64,000 nt of DNA from Curvularia clavata (GCA_023920165.1 CP089280.1:2666001-2730000), one strand, 5' to 3'. Shown: positions 13,001 through 26,089, counted from the first letter of the stretch. Notes: generated by a model from the sequence alone, not told the origin. A program made the numbers and translations.

Positions 13001-15408
13001 TCTGCCAATACGTAGGCTGGCTTGTGGTTGCGCCTAGTCTGCAGCACTCGAATTTGAACACTTTCGACTTCCAGTCGATCTGCAGGTTATGTTCTCGTAG
13101 CTATAGGAGTCCTAAAATGATGTCGTGGATAGCTAGTCCAAAGACGTCTAGGTCTATTTCCTCTTCATGCTCTTAGATGCTAAGTGTCACTTATCTAACC
13201 TCGTCTGTGATTCTGTTTCCTTTAGGCATTAGTTCGCCGCTGGCGATATATAGTGGGTATGGCTCTCGTTTCCGCTATACTTTAAGTCCGGCTTGTTATA
13301 CGGCGTGCGCTAAAATATAGTTTGCCTATAATCCTGAGTCCACTAATGCCTATATCCATATTCCGTTAAGCTTCACTATAAGCTTGATCAATCCTAGGGA
13401 GTTTACTAAGTTAATTTCCCTAGAGGGGCCCTGCCTTCGTGGCGCTAGCCTAAAAAAGTCTATAATTCCTTCATAAATCCGTTGTAGAGTTTTTCTGCTT
13501 CGTGTTTCTCGCATTCGTCTAAGAGACAAGTATACCATAAGAGTTGGTTGCATGCTTGTTGTACGCTGCCCTTACTTCGAATGATACGGGTAGTTTGCAT
13601 GTCCACTACTTCTCTTAGGCTATCTCTTCTAAGGAAGTATATCGCGGTGCGCTTGTCCCATAGGTGCCTCGCGCATTCTACATTGGTACACTCTAACCAT
13701 ATCTAGCTGCATTTAGGGTATCCGGGAACACTGGTTGGGTTCCAGTCGGATCCTTGCTTAGCTTGCCAATGTGTTGGGCAGAAGTCATGGGTGCAACCTG
13801 TCTAGTGGATCCACGCATGCTTATAGTTATTTGCGTGGTACTAATAGAGACTAAGTTAGTACTGATTGTCGCGTATCTAGTCAGCTTGTGCCTTCTTGGC
13901 CTATTAAGGTGTCGTTGTGGAGTTCTCCTTCCAAGGTATCTTCTTGTCTTCGGGGAACTCTGTGTTTTCTCGTAGTTGTTAGATATTAGCCGTAATATAC
14001 GTGTAGTCTGGTAGTTTCTGATTAGTTATAATAGAAAAGAAGTTGATGTCTAATTTGAGATTCTACATATCTTTATATATATAAAGAAGTATGTTGGGCT
14101 CGTTATAATTATACTCGTGAAGGGGTTGACTCAAGAGTTGTTATAGTATATTAGTCTATAGTTCTACACATTTCAGGTCATCCTTTGCGTATAGGATTTC
14201 TAGTAAGGCGCTGTTGTAGCGCGGAGTAGCCAGTTGGTGTTTCTTCTTAAACTCGGCTATCTTCTTATATTTGGTCTTGTGCGTAGAAGTTTCTTCTTTC
14301 TCGCTAGGTGTTTCATACCCTTCGTCGCTGTTTAGTTTAGCTTTGGTAGTGTTCTTAGACGTGGTAAGCGTGACATTCTCTAGTCTGCTGATAAGTCCCT
14401 CGTCGTCTGGGTGATATCGGATCTTGGCTGGGGTAATAATGTTCTATCCCTCGTCATTATCTAATTCCGATTTCCTACGTAATACGTTGAGTTGTCGTTT
14501 GACCTTATTAGTGTCTTTACTTCGACAGTCTCGTGCCATATGGCCTTCCTTGCCACAGGCGTAGCAGTTAAACTTCTTCTTGCTCTTAGATAGTTCCTTG
14601 TTGAACTTGCTAGGCCTGTTATCTTTATTAATATTGTTGAGGTGTATTAGTTCCGCACTGTATCTATAATAGGCTCCTAGGGTCCTAGGCGCGTAGTTTT
14701 GCTATCGACCTTCGTTCAGGTAAGCACGTCGATAGCTGTACTTCTTAGGTCGTTTGTTTGTGTATCTCTAGTTGCGCGTTCTCTTGCTAAACAGTCGTTC
14801 TTCTAATAAGAGTTTGTAGAGTTTGTTGTCTAGTCGAATAGATTCTTCGATAAGTTCTTCCAGTGTGCTGATGCTGGCTCTACTTCGTATGAGTTCCCTG
14901 CGTACAGTAGGTTTGAGACCTTGCTTGTATATGCGCATAAGGGTATTATTGTCCTATTCTACAACCGTAGCGTACTGCTGAAATAGTGTAGTATAGTTAG
15001 CAGTAGACTGCGTCTAGCGAAGTTCCTAGATCTTTTGTTCTGCAATGACTAATTCTTTAAATAGTGAGAAGTTCTGTCGCATCTTGGTTTTGAAGGCGTC
15101 CCAGTCCTCGACTAGGGCTGCATTGTCGGCATCCTGGATGGAGTCATCTATGTAGCGTTCAATAATAGAGTTAGCCCACTTCTCGGCATCGCCGCGAAGG
15201 TATAAGGTGGCCATGATGACCTTATCGGTGTTATCGATCTTGTCTCCTTTAAGATAGAAGTGTCGGTCGATCTGGAGGAGCCAAGCTTCAAGCTTCTTGC
15301 GTTCTCTATAGTATAAGTCGGGCTTGTATCTATAAGTGGTAGATCCTCTGGTCTGGGAAGCATTGGGAGTGTTTATAGTAATATCGCTTATTGTAAGGGT
15401 GTTTAAAG

Positions 15409-15835
15409 TGTTAAGAGTATAATCTCGAGTAGAAGTAATATAAGACTTCTAGTGTTAAGATCTTCTTAGATTAGTTTTCGTAGATAAAGCAATAGTGTGT
15501 TATAAATAAAGGTTCTATAATAACTATTATATTATAGGTACTGTACTCGTAACTTAAGTTGAACACATCGAGCTATAAAGGCTCAATGCCTATTCCTATA
15601 TACTTGCGGTGCTCGCAACCTTTAGTCAGAGGAGTCCGAGTAACCCTTGGTGGCTTATATACGAGGGGCATTCCTCTGTGGCTTATGTACGAGGAGTCTG
15701 CCAAGACCCTTCCTCAGACATGCGCTACTGAGGAGGTCACGTGATGCGTGCCCCTGCGTTATATATGGCTGGGTCGACTGGTCGTCGATGCTTCTTAACT
15801 TACCCGCCGTGCCTCTTCCTCCTAGGTTCGTAACA
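15409..15835 (-). repeat. 5' LTR of Gypsy element A
   Basis: Direct repeat of 9079-9505. Confidence 0.95.
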
Positions 15836-16153
15836 CCCTGGCACTGCTCCTAATCTATTATTAGATTGTAGATAAACTAAGCTACTTGTATAGGTTACTT
15901 GGCTATACATCTTACTATACGATAGACGTAAATACATGTAGAACCATCTTACATTAGTCTAGATTGTAACTAGACTGGTAAATCGGGTATTTAGCTAGGG
16001 CTATCGATTATCTTGGCCAATACTAATCCAAATCAAGTAATTCTGACGTCATTAGAGAGCTAGCACTCTAGTCTAAATATTACTAATATATTATTTTAGC
16101 TTAACACTAATAGTACTAGTGCTAGAGCTAAAAAAGGAGTAAAAATAGGGGTA

Positions 16154-18015
16154 ACGTACCTCACGGGTTCGCGGTCCACACGGGTTCGCGGTCCACTTTT
16201 GCCAAGACCCCACCAAAACCACCACATTATGGCCTAATACAGCCCAACTTTGGCCAGTTTAATGCAAAAAAACATAAAATACTATTCAGAGCCTACTTCT
16301 GCTTCATTCTTACACGTTCGCGCGTTATGCCCAGTCCTATTGCACCGTCCACACCGCCGTTGAGACGGTTCACCCACTTCAGCGCGCTTCTGCTTCTTTG
16401 ACTTCTTCCCATCACTACGCACCCCAAAGTCCTGGAGAGCAGTCAAGCGCGCCCCATCTTCAACTGTTAAGGTCCCCTCTGCCTGAACCCGCTTTCTTTT
16501 GTGCGATTTTCGTCGCGTGGCGGCTGCGTTAGCTGCTTCAAGCTCACTAATCCGTTTTTGTGCCAACACTAGCTTATGCGCGATAATAGCTGCCCCCTTT
16601 GAGACCTTCTCAAAAGCCTCCACCATAGACGTTGGTGAGCTGTCTAGGTGCCTCTGAATCCTCTGCTTCACTAGCGTCGATTGCGACCCTATTTCAAGGG
16701 TATTCCTCGGGGTTTGCGACAGCCAGGGCTGGGTATCGACAGGTAGGGGTGATGGAGTGCGCAACTGGACATTAAGGGCGGATATGACCCGTTCTGGGTC
16801 AAATGGGACCAATCCAGCGCCTCGAAACCCTCCTTGGACATTGCTAGCTATAAATGATGCGTCAAAAGCCCGCCTAAAGCAAGGTAGGAACTCTTGTTTG
16901 GTGATGTGGTTGATCTGGGTGCGCATGAGCGATTCGACTTGGCGCCCATAGGCCTGCTTTAAAGGGGCAAAACAGCCCACATCAAGCGGCTGTAAGAGGT
17001 GAGACGAGTGTGGAGGCATGCAAAGAGTAACAATTTTGTTATCTTTGCAGTATTTTTGGAAATCCAGCGAGTTGTGGCTCTCATGGCCGTCAATAAAGAG
17101 TAGACGGTGGGTACCTACCACCTTCTTCTTTGTATGCTCATCAAAGTGCTTTAGCCACGCAAGACCAAGCTCATTGGTCGTCCAGCCGTTCTCAGATACT
17201 CCAATAACCCAGTTCTGGGGTATATCTCCATCTTTGTACCAGCTTGAGAGGTGGTGGCGCGCCTTAAGTATGATGAAGGGCGGAATCGTCCACCCGGTCG
17301 CATTGATGCCCTGGATAACCGTCGCCCACTCTCTATTGCCAGGCTGGATAGTCTTTGGCCGTCCACGTCTCTCTGAAGCTGTAACAACTGCTCCAGGGGT
17401 AATCTGGCCCATCATAAAGCCTGTCTCGTCAAAGTTGTACGTGTCGTCATCTTGGATACCATACTTGGCTTTCATATTGGCTACTAGGCCAAACCAGTCT
17501 TGAATAGCCTTAGGATCCTCACAGAGTGCTCTCTTGTAGTCATACTTGCGATTAAACTTTACTTTAAGCTCAGGGCGGCGCTTAACGAATGTGCTGGGCC
17601 AGTTTTGGCCAACCTGGCCCAAATTGCGCTCAGCGCGCAAGGAATTGGCCATATTAGCCACATCTGCGAGCCTAGGGGGAAATCCACGTGAACCAAGATC
17701 AAGAATATGCTCAACAACCACCTCCTCCTCAAGCTTAGTTAGATTCATTGTTTTAGGCCTGCGATCTGCTTGTGAATCCCGTCCGTCGCGTCTTTGACGT
17801 AGTGTTGTTCGAGAGACGTTATAAAGAGCTGCAGCGCGTCGTTCTGAGAGATTCGCGTCCTGTTTGAGAGCTTGAAGAGCAAGCTGTATTTGACATTCAC
17901 TAGAAGGCTGTAACTGCTGTTGTTGTTGTAACATTTGTGGGTAGTAGGTATTTTGGTGGGGTCTTGGCAAAAGTGGACCGCGAACCCGTGTGGACCGCGA
18001 ACCCGTGAGGTACGT
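16154..18015 (-). mobile_element. Intact pogo/Fot1-family (Tc1-mariner superfamily) DNA transposon
   Basis: TA target duplication at 16152-53 and 18016-17. ~65-bp TIRs (acgtacct...caccaaaa) containing a 17-bp internal direct repeat cacgggttcgcggtcca x2. Confidence 0.97.
16282..17934 (-). CDS. pogo/Fot1 DDE transposase
   Basis: HTH N-terminus, YNFDETGF, FIDGHESH, HLLQPLDVGCF, C-terminal CCHC (CGRCNRTGHNARTC). First ATG is at 17934. Confidence 0.97.
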   Translation of the reverse strand: MLQQQQQLQPSSECQIQLALQALKQDANLSERRAAALYNVSRTTLRQRRDGRDSQADRRPKTMNLTKLEEEVVVEHILDLGSRGFPPRLADVANMANSLRAERNLGQVGQNWPSTFVKRRPELKVKFNRKYDYKRALCEDPKAIQDWFGLVANMKAKYGIQDDDTYNFDETGFMMGQITPGAVVTASERRGRPKTIQPGNREWATVIQGINATGWTIPPFIILKARHHLSSWYKDGDIPQNWVIGVSENGWTTNELGLAWLKHFDEHTKKKVVGTHRLLFIDGHESHNSLDFQKYCKDNKIVTLCMPPHSSHLLQPLDVGCFAPLKQAYGRQVESLMRTQINHITKQEFLPCFRRAFDASFIASNVQGGFRGAGLVPFDPERVISALNVQLRTPSPLPVDTQPWLSQTPRNTLEIGSQSTLVKQRIQRHLDSSPTSMVEAFEKVSKGAAIIAHKLVLAQKRISELEAANAAATRRKSHKRKRVQAEGTLTVEDGARLTALQDFGVRSDGKKSKKQKRAEVGEPSQRRCGRCNRTGHNARTCKNEAEVGSE

Positions 18016-19568
18016 TATACCCGACTCATAACCCAGCCCTAGGGCTCACAAACGGGCTATTAAATAACTTTTGAACTAAGCTAGATGCGGCTTAGCTTTA
18101 TATAACATGATAGAATGCGCTAGCTTAGGGCATTAAAATGACGTCAGAATTACTCGATTTGGACTAGTCTTTGATGAGATATTGATGAAAGAAGAAAAGT
18201 GGGTCAATACCCGTTTACCAGTCTAAGTGCAAGTTTGGGATCAGCTACATGTTAATGCCTGCTATGTCGGGGTCCAGTATTGCAAGGATCGGGTATTTGG
18301 ACTACTCAGCAGCAGATCGCATACGCGCATTGGGCGAACTGGCAATGGGGCTAAAACATAAATATGCGTGGGGGACATGCACAAGGCTGAAACCAGAATG
18401 AGCCCACTGCTAGACTGATGACTGAAATGGAGCATCACATCTGTCTTGCCCTGTACAAATTCAGCGCGAGCTGCATCCTCGGATTCATCCTTCGATGCCA
18501 ACATCTCGCAAGACGAGTCAAGATGCTTTTTGAGAGGATGTCGTGTAGTGTGGACACTGTGAAGATACCTTTCTGCCTTGCGAAGCTTTAGGAGGGGCAC
18601 CCTGGGGTATGGCAAGCAAATGGCTTAATGTGAACACCTGAGTGCTGTAGGTACCTGAATCGTCCTTCGGGTTCGCCGGATCAATCGCGCGTACGCGCCT
18701 CGCTGCTCCGTAGCATACTACTGCATATGGGGAAGTTAGCCAAGCGTTCTAGCCTTGACGCAGGGGTACGGGTCTGGATCGGGTTGCCAAGAGGCCTCGA
18801 TCGGGCTGCCAAGAGCTTCCACGTGCGGCTCGGCAGCGCCGTTCACTAGCTACGAGCGCAAACTCATTAAACCTCCCTCAACCCTGTCAAGCCGCCAGCA
18901 TGATGCCTGATCCGATCTGTTCGTTCAATCCAGGGGCCGTGGAGCTTTGGTTCGGTTCTGAAAAGCTGACTCGACATTGATGGTGTTTTTGTTGATGGAC
19001 CCTGTATCCTCTGAGGCCCACTGAAACTGACGATACACGGCTTGGTCTTGCTCGTCGTCTTGAAGAGTAAGCAAAACGTGATGCGTAGAATTCTGGGGTT
19101 AAGAACGATAAGAAACTCATCAAACACTCTCAGGACGGCAGCGCAATCTTCGAAGACAGGAAATCTCTCCCGAGATGTTTGCACAGCTGCAACTACCGTC
19201 AGCCGATGCCTGATTAGACTTCGCGCGTAACAGCCACCGAACTATATTGCTATACTCAACGTCTGCCTGTGACCAACAGTCAGCTCGCCCCAATGGCGCC
19301 TCTTATTGAGTCTGGGTACTCCAACTCTAACCGAGCTTGAAAGCTCCAGCACGTAGTTCTAGAAACACCAAGGCAGAAGTACAAAATGCACGTCGCCCGT
19401 CCTTACATCTCACCACCCAGCTCGTCTTATAGCTTTTCCTAACGTTGTGTTACTTTGCTTTGGTGTATTTCACACCGTCCAACTTGCAGCTATCGTGCTG
19501 CTATCATTCCTTTTACTCTCTTTTCCCTCTTTTTACTGTATTTTTCGATCCTAATTCTAATACTAACC

Positions 19569-22500
19569 ATGCGTTTCATCGCTACTACACTGGCTCTTGC
19601 CGGCGTTGCGTCTGCATACCCGCCCCTGTTTAAGGCCCCGGCAAGCTACTGCGAGGTTAAGACTCACACAGTCTATGAGACTGCATACGCCAGCCAAGAC
19701 AACGGTGCGAAAGCCACTCCTTCTGTCCGGCTTCATGAACACGACCATGCTGGCTATACTCCCTCTATGAGTACTTTTGCTGGAGCTAAATCCACCCCCA
19801 CCACTGTAAAAGATTCATACTCCCAGTACGAATCGCGTCCTACCGGCACGGTTGCAAAGCCCTTTGGTCAGAACAAGGAGTACTTCTCGTACAACTCTGG
19901 GGTGGATGTCAATCTTCAACCATGTAGCCACTGGAGTCAGGACACAAAGAGCCCTAAGAACCTTGTGCCAAAGGACAAGACTCAGCTTTACTATGCCGAA
20001 GGTGGTCGTGACAATGCCAGTAAGTAATCTTGTTTCACCTCGGATGTGCTCAATACTAACATTCGGGCTCCAGAGCCGACTAATGAGTTTTACTATGGTG
20101 TAATCGACCTGCTTTTTAAGGCCCCTGCTGTTGTACTGGAGCACTCGGACTACTTCCAAAAGGCTCGGTACTCTGACAATCAGCTTTTTGTAGACTTCAC
20201 CTCTGCATTCGCATGTGACTTCGCCAAACAGTCCTGGCCCAAAGGAACCATCATCGTTTCAAGCACAGCCGGTTGCAAGGCTCGATCAGACGATGATCAG
20301 TGCTACTTCAAGGTCGAAGACACTGTCAAGTCCGAAGATGGAAAGTCCATCATCGTCAAGGGTTATCCTCAAGCACGCGACGAGTGTACGGAGGGTGGCG
20401 AGGCCCATTGGGGACGATACAAGCCTGAGAAGAATGGAAGCATCAAGCAGCCAAACGGCACCGCCACTTACTCCAACTCCACTTCTTCGCCTACTCCTAG
20501 ACCATCTCCCTCTGGTAATTCGTTGACCAACTCAACCGATAATGGCGACAGCAAATTCGACCAGGACATCATTTCCGATTGCAAGGCCCCAGTCGACAAG
20601 AAGTACAATCTGCCAACCACCTGTACCGGCCAATATTTTGACTTGGACCTCGACGAGTTCATGGGTTATGGCGAGCTTTCCGCTGAAGATAAGGCATTCT
20701 TGAAAGATGCCACAGCTGGTTTGAGCTCCGATGAAATTTCCGGTCTCGCCCGCCGCGCTCTGATGCACAACCGTCAGTTGGCTCGCAGAAATATCGTCAA
20801 AAAGCTCTTCAAGAAGTATGTTGTCGAGCCTATAAAGACGACGATCAAAGTTGGCAAAGCCGTGGCATCAGCTGGTTATGAACTCGTCACTACTGGAGGC
20901 ATCAGCGGGAGCATCAAAGAATCATTCAAGTTCGCTCTTCCCGATGGCGACAAGGCCGACGCCAAGCAGGTTGAATCACCCTGGGGCCCCGCTGCTCTCA
21001 TTGCCGCTTACGGCAAGGAGTCTAAAATCAAGGCCGACAAGGGTGTACAGGTAGATGGCTATCTCAACATCTACTGCGTTGGTTGTGGCGCTCAGGGCTC
21101 CGTCGAATTAGCTGGCCGCGCAAAATGGGTTGCCGGATCGGGCATCACCCAAGGCGAGATTGAAGCCTGGGCCGACCTCAAAGTCGCTATGAAGGTTGGC
21201 GTTGACGCTCAGATTAAGCTCACTCGAGAGTGGAAGAAGACGCTCTACCAAAAAGGTCTTCCCAAACTCTCCTTTGGCCCCATCATCATTGGTCCCCAGG
21301 TGCGAGTTGACGCTCGTGTTACTCTCGAGGCTGGAGCAGAGGGTCGTATCTTGGCTGGCGCTGAGTACAACTGGAACCGGGCTTACGCAAAGATTGACAT
21401 GATCGACTCTTCCAAATCCACCCGCCAGAACTTCGACCCTGTTGGTCACCCCACACTGGAAGCAGAGGGCACTCTCTTCGTTGGTGCTGAGTTAGGTCTT
21501 CCCATCGGAATGCATTTTGGTGTCACTGTCTCTGGCTGGAGCAAGACTGTTGGTCTCATCAACGAGCCGATGGTCAAGGGAATTGCCAAGGCCGCTGTTA
21601 GGGCTGAGCTTGTTGACGGCAAGATTTCCGCAGGTTTTACTCCGACCGAAGGATGCCAAGGTATTCACACGAACCTCAGCTTCAGGAACAAATTAACGTG
21701 CAACATTCTCGACCTCAAGGAGTTTGAGTTGCTCGACAGCGGATACAAAAGTATTAAGTCCATGTGCATTCCTCTTGGTAAGCAAGCTCAACAGCCATCA
21801 ACCCCCGCCAGTGGAGAGGAGACTAGCAAGGACAATGAGGGTGAGAGCGGCAGCGATACTGGCAACAGCGAGGGTGGAAGCAACGGAGAAACGAGTAATG
21901 GCGAGGGTACCACTGAAGAAGGAGCTGGAGGTCCACCTACTGAAGGACAGTCTACTGATGAACTTCCTACCGTCGAACCATCTACTGATGAACAGCCCAC
22001 CGGAGAACCACCAAGTGGAGAGCTGCCCGCGGAACAAGGCTCCACTGTAGAGCTCCCTAGTCAAGAGGATAACACTGGTGACAACAATGCACAAAGTACT
22101 GGGGACAACAATACCCAGGGAGGTAGCGAAGACGGCGGATCGAGTGGCGAGGACGCATCTGTCGCTGCGGATAAGAAGCGATCCATGTCCGCTCGCCAAA
22201 CAACCACAACACCAGCGCCCTCTTCATCTGAAGACCTCCCTACTGGTATCCGCGAGATCACCGACTCCGTCAAGAAAGCCACCGACAACGTCAACTACGC
22301 ACTCGCAGATATCAAAACCGTTCCCTACGAACGTACCGATGGATACGAGTTCACCAAGCTCACTGCGGGCGACTACAGTGTCATGTACTGCTCCAACGGC
22401 AACATGTACGTCAAGAAGACTGGCGCACTTACTAGCCTTGGCTGCGACGAGCTTTTTGCTTACAGCGACGATGCCATCGTCGGTGACGGTCAGGGCCGCT

Positions 22501-22952
22501 ACTTCTACTACCATGACGATGCCATGAAGGCAGCCGGTGTATCCCGCCTACGTCTCGGCGACGAAGAGAGCCCTGTCCTTGGCACATCTGCCGTTGCGAT
22601 GGTCGCCTGGAAAGCCGAGATGACAGAAAACGAATACGACGCTGATCTTGAAGGTATCTACACCGTTGTTGATTTCGAAATCGAAGCTACCTACTGGTTG
22701 TCCTTCTGTACCTACAAGGATGGCCAAGCACCCAAAGTCTTCGTTGTCGCCAATCTGGATACCGGACTAGCCGTCTTAGAGAGCCCGGACGTCAAGTACT
22801 CAATCACTGGCGGTGATGTCGACAAGTGCCTCCCTCTTATGACTGTTGAGGATCCGGCTTTGAAGGATACCTGGGCGGAGTGGGATGATTCCATGGAGAC
22901 CGACGCTGATGGACTCGAGTTTGACGTGGACGAGTTCGGTGTAGAGTCGTAA
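19569..22952 (+). CDS. Large secreted protein (~1100 aa) with Cys-containing beta-rich domains and an acidic low-complexity linker; function unknown
   Basis: Signal peptide MRFIATTLALAGVASA. Intron 20020-20073 (gtaagt..actaac..cag) joins ORFs 19455 and 20046 in frame. Kex2-like RR/KR sites (LARR, DKKR). Confidence 0.85.
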
Positions 22953-24957
22953 AGGAATAACTTCACTATGTGTAGATACTCTTCTTGTAGCAACAATACT
23001 TTTTGGAGCAAGAGATTTCCGATAGCTTAGATATTCACATTCATTGTTTACATTCTCCGTTATGAACCCGAAAGACATCGTCAGCTCGCTTCAGTCCTTC
23101 TCGTATTCATTCATCACAACTTGGCAGCCCCAGTAACACAAGCACACACCGCACTCGCACTGGCCTACATCTGTAGCGCCGCTCTAATTCTACTGCTGCC
23201 TACTATACAGCCAAGAGCCTCGTTTTAGATCGCTCTAAAATTAGTATAGCGGCATGAGTAATCCACTATACTACAGCTAATAGTAGATGCCGCAGAATAG
23301 ATACATAGAACCTATAAAAGATATTAACTCTATACGCTAAAGAGAGCAGAATAGAGACTTACTCTCTAAATTAGAATAGTGGAGGTGACAGGATTGCAGC
23401 GAGTTTGGGCGGAAATAGAAGTCGCCAGGGGAACGAGGATAAAGAGAGTTGATTGGGCGTGCATCTTTATTAATATTCAGGGTTGTTTTTTCTAAACTCC
23501 TTTTGCGAAATAGTTATTGTTGATCAAAACGAGCTCTACTAGTTTTTCTGGAGTGGACCACATTGGCCAATAATATACTAGGCTCTGCTTAGCAGCTTTA
23601 AAGAAGCTGAATAATTGGTGCTTTGAAATCAGGAAAAGCTATCATAAAGTTCCCGCACGATCATTCGTTGATGCATGGTATCACCGAGTGTTTGCAGTCT
23701 TTTCTGCGGCACCACTATCGTCTAACTAGTTGTTGAGGGCCGAGCAGATGTTGTCGTTGATTCAAGACTTCTCAGCGCTTTGGATTATCCGGCGATATTT
23801 CTTGCATTCGGATGTCTTCGTGGAAGACAGGATCCAAATGTTTGCCCCCAACCAAGAATTGGATGGACGCTGAGTCTCTCGACGTCATGTTCCGTGAGAG
23901 AGAAAATGGACGGTTCTCGGGCGCAAAGGTGACATCGTAAATTCGTTTGCGATCAACATTTTCCTTACAAGCTCGGTGTGTTAAATTTGCACATGGTCTA
24001 GTGTGCTGACAAGCCTATACAAGCCAATGCACGTGATGCAAATATGGAGTTAACCGAATGCAAGCTGTAGTGTTTCAAACTGTGAATGATTTGGGTGCAG
24101 GGTGGTCCTTTGCATCCTCAAAAGCGCCTACTGGCACCAGGTTAGTACCGTGCGCACAAGGTGTTTTTGGGTCGTAACAGCTTGGTAGCTGAAACAGCAA
24201 CTTGACTGATGCGGAGGTGAGTCATCCGAACCCCCCAAACCGTATCAAGAACCCGAAATATGGCCCCCTATGATGTCAAATAGTCCAAGACTTGCATATA
24301 GGTAGGCCAAGATTAGGCATGCTTACTTTAGGCCTACGTCTACCTCGCGCTAGGAACTTGGCAAAATGAGTGGCCTTACGGCAGCCTGGTATCGCGGGAT
24401 AGCTCTGCCCTTGTTCTAATTTTCTGAAGGTAATATACAGTTGTTTAATATTCTATCTATAATGAAGTAGGAAAGTTGTAAAACTTGGGTCATTTAGATT
24501 TCTGACGGGTTCGGGTTATATAAAGAATCAAAGGAACACGTTGATTTACATCATAAAATATAAGCTTACAAAACGCGCAAGCATTACAATCCTCCGTCAC
24601 GCCAATTTTCGGTGCAGGATCTCTTTTCGTGTCTGGTGTAACATACTAGTCGCAAGATGTGACTCGATCCGAGGCCAAGTACAAGGGATGTGTCTTGTTA
24701 AACAGTGGCATACATCATAAGGCACTCCGGTCCAAGAACTCACTGAAGCTGATATTCGATCTTATTCATGGTGGTTTGGGGGCTGAATAAAAAAGTATAT
24801 AAATGGAGGCTTACATCAATCTTTGATGTACCAAATTTAAGTCTGCAATACGCTTGACAACTCCACAATCACTGCCGCCTTCCCAGCATTTATCAGCCTT
24901 TTCATCTACTCTACTATCATTTCACATCACTTCAACAAAAGAAAGGACTTCCACAAC

Positions 24958-25407
24958 ATGAAGCTCTCCACCATTGCCACGTGGGTGCTTGCATCTGCTC
25001 TCGGAGCCCAGGCCGACTGGGCTCCCTTCGACGTGAACGAGTCTGAATGCCAGACATGCATGCCCGGGATGGGCCAAGGCATCTTGCTCTATGGCGAAGA
25101 AGACGTCACTGCCTTCTGTAGGAAAATTATGGACGCCTGTGCCGATGGACAAGTCGACAAGGTGACGCACAATGCAGGGGATGGTGGAAACGCTGTATTC
25201 CTATGGGAACCTTCCGCAACGGATGGAAATAACGCATGTCCTAGCACTGAAGAGCTTTGCTTTAACAATGTAAATAGTGTGAGAGCAGGACAGTGCCCTG
25301 CTAATGCTGTTACTGCGAGCGGCATTATGCAGTTGAGCAGTGGGGGTGATGCGGGATTGGTTTTGATTGCGGGAGGTTGCTTCTGTGCTAGCCCGTCAAC
25401 TTGCTAA
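24958..25407 (+). CDS. Small secreted cysteine-rich protein (149 aa, 10 Cys), effector candidate
   Basis: Signal peptide MKLSTIATWVLASALGAQA; TATATAAA at ~24797; acaacATG start context. Confidence 0.85.
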   Translation: MKLSTIATWVLASALGAQADWAPFDVNESECQTCMPGMGQGILLYGEEDVTAFCRKIMDACADGQVDKVTHNAGDGGNAVFLWEPSATDGNNACPSTEELCFNNVNSVRAGQCPANAVTASGIMQLSSGGDAGLVLIAGGCFCASPSTC

Positions 25408-25509
25408 AGAGGTCCCAGTTGAAGTACATGCGATACCGATGTAGATAGGGTATTTGTATTACTAAATCAGAGGACTTTGTGAAACTATTCAACATAGCGA
25501 AAGGCCAAG

Positions 25510-25718
25510 TGTTAGACTGTTAGTGGCGTGAAGGTACAGCACGAGATAGATGAGAGAGAACTATGCTTTAACAGCCATGTATTCACGAGACGAATCGCTA
25601 TCGAGCACCTCTAGCGATCGTGGAGGCTTTATAGCCTTAGGTAAGCCCTAGCTGACTAACTAGGGTGAAGAAGGAGGGAATTGGACCAACATGTCCCAAT
25701 TTGGACCAGGTCCTGACA
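25510..25718. repeat. Solo LTR of Gypsy family B (young)
   Basis: 209 bp, nearly identical to 39902-40110. Perfect CCAAG target-site duplication. Confidence 0.97.
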
Positions 25719-25880
25719 CCAAGTTTTATTTTATCTTCAATATATAATAGAATGAAAGTTGGAATCCACCCTAACGATAAGTATCTTTGATCCGTTTCTA
25801 GACATAACTTGACCCTAAAGTATGACGGAAGCGATTATTAGTAATACCCAAAATTACGTACCCATACACTATAAATACGT

Positions 25881-26089
25881 TGTTAGGATGTTAGTAGGAT
25901 GATAGTAAAGCACGAGATAGATTAGAGGGCACTATACTTTAACATACATATATTTATACGACGAATCGCTGTTGAGCATCTCTAGCGATTACTAAAGCTT
26001 TATATTCCAAAGTGAGCCCGAGCTGACTAATCATGCTAGAGTAGGAGGGATTCAGGCTGGAATGGGCCACATTGGGCCAGGTTCTAACA
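25881..26089. repeat. Diverged solo LTR related to Gypsy family B
   Basis: 209 bp, TG..CA ends, shares cacgagataga and acgaatcgct blocks. TACGT TSD. Confidence 0.9.

Larger units (their letters stand above)
9079..15835 (-). mobile_element. RIP-degraded Ty3/Gypsy chromovirus LTR retrotransposon (element A)
   Basis: 427-bp LTRs at 9079-9505 and 15409-15835 (TG..CA/TA). PPT at 9506-9521. Decayed gag (KPDLYY..LEAWLLQID; CYACGKEGHMARDC), RT (AYLDDILIYSK), integrase and chromodomain (FEVEKIL..YLVK.LGY). Confidence 0.95.
15971..18225. mobile_element. hAT-type MITE (~390 bp net) interrupted by an intact pogo element
   Basis: Ends tagactggtaaatcgggtat ... atacccgtttaccagtcta resemble the TIR of the hAT at 47316. 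Internal inverted repeat at ~16021-16053 / ~18138-18169. The 8-bp flanks match only 5/8. Confidence 0.7.

Noticed and set aside
18226..19450. Short ORFs here, and at 27-29 kb, 30.3-31.3 kb, 33.1-33.7 kb and 37.7-39 kb
   Set aside because: No recognisable motifs or coherent gene models; many start at non-ATG codons. The same applies to antisense ORFs overlapping real genes.
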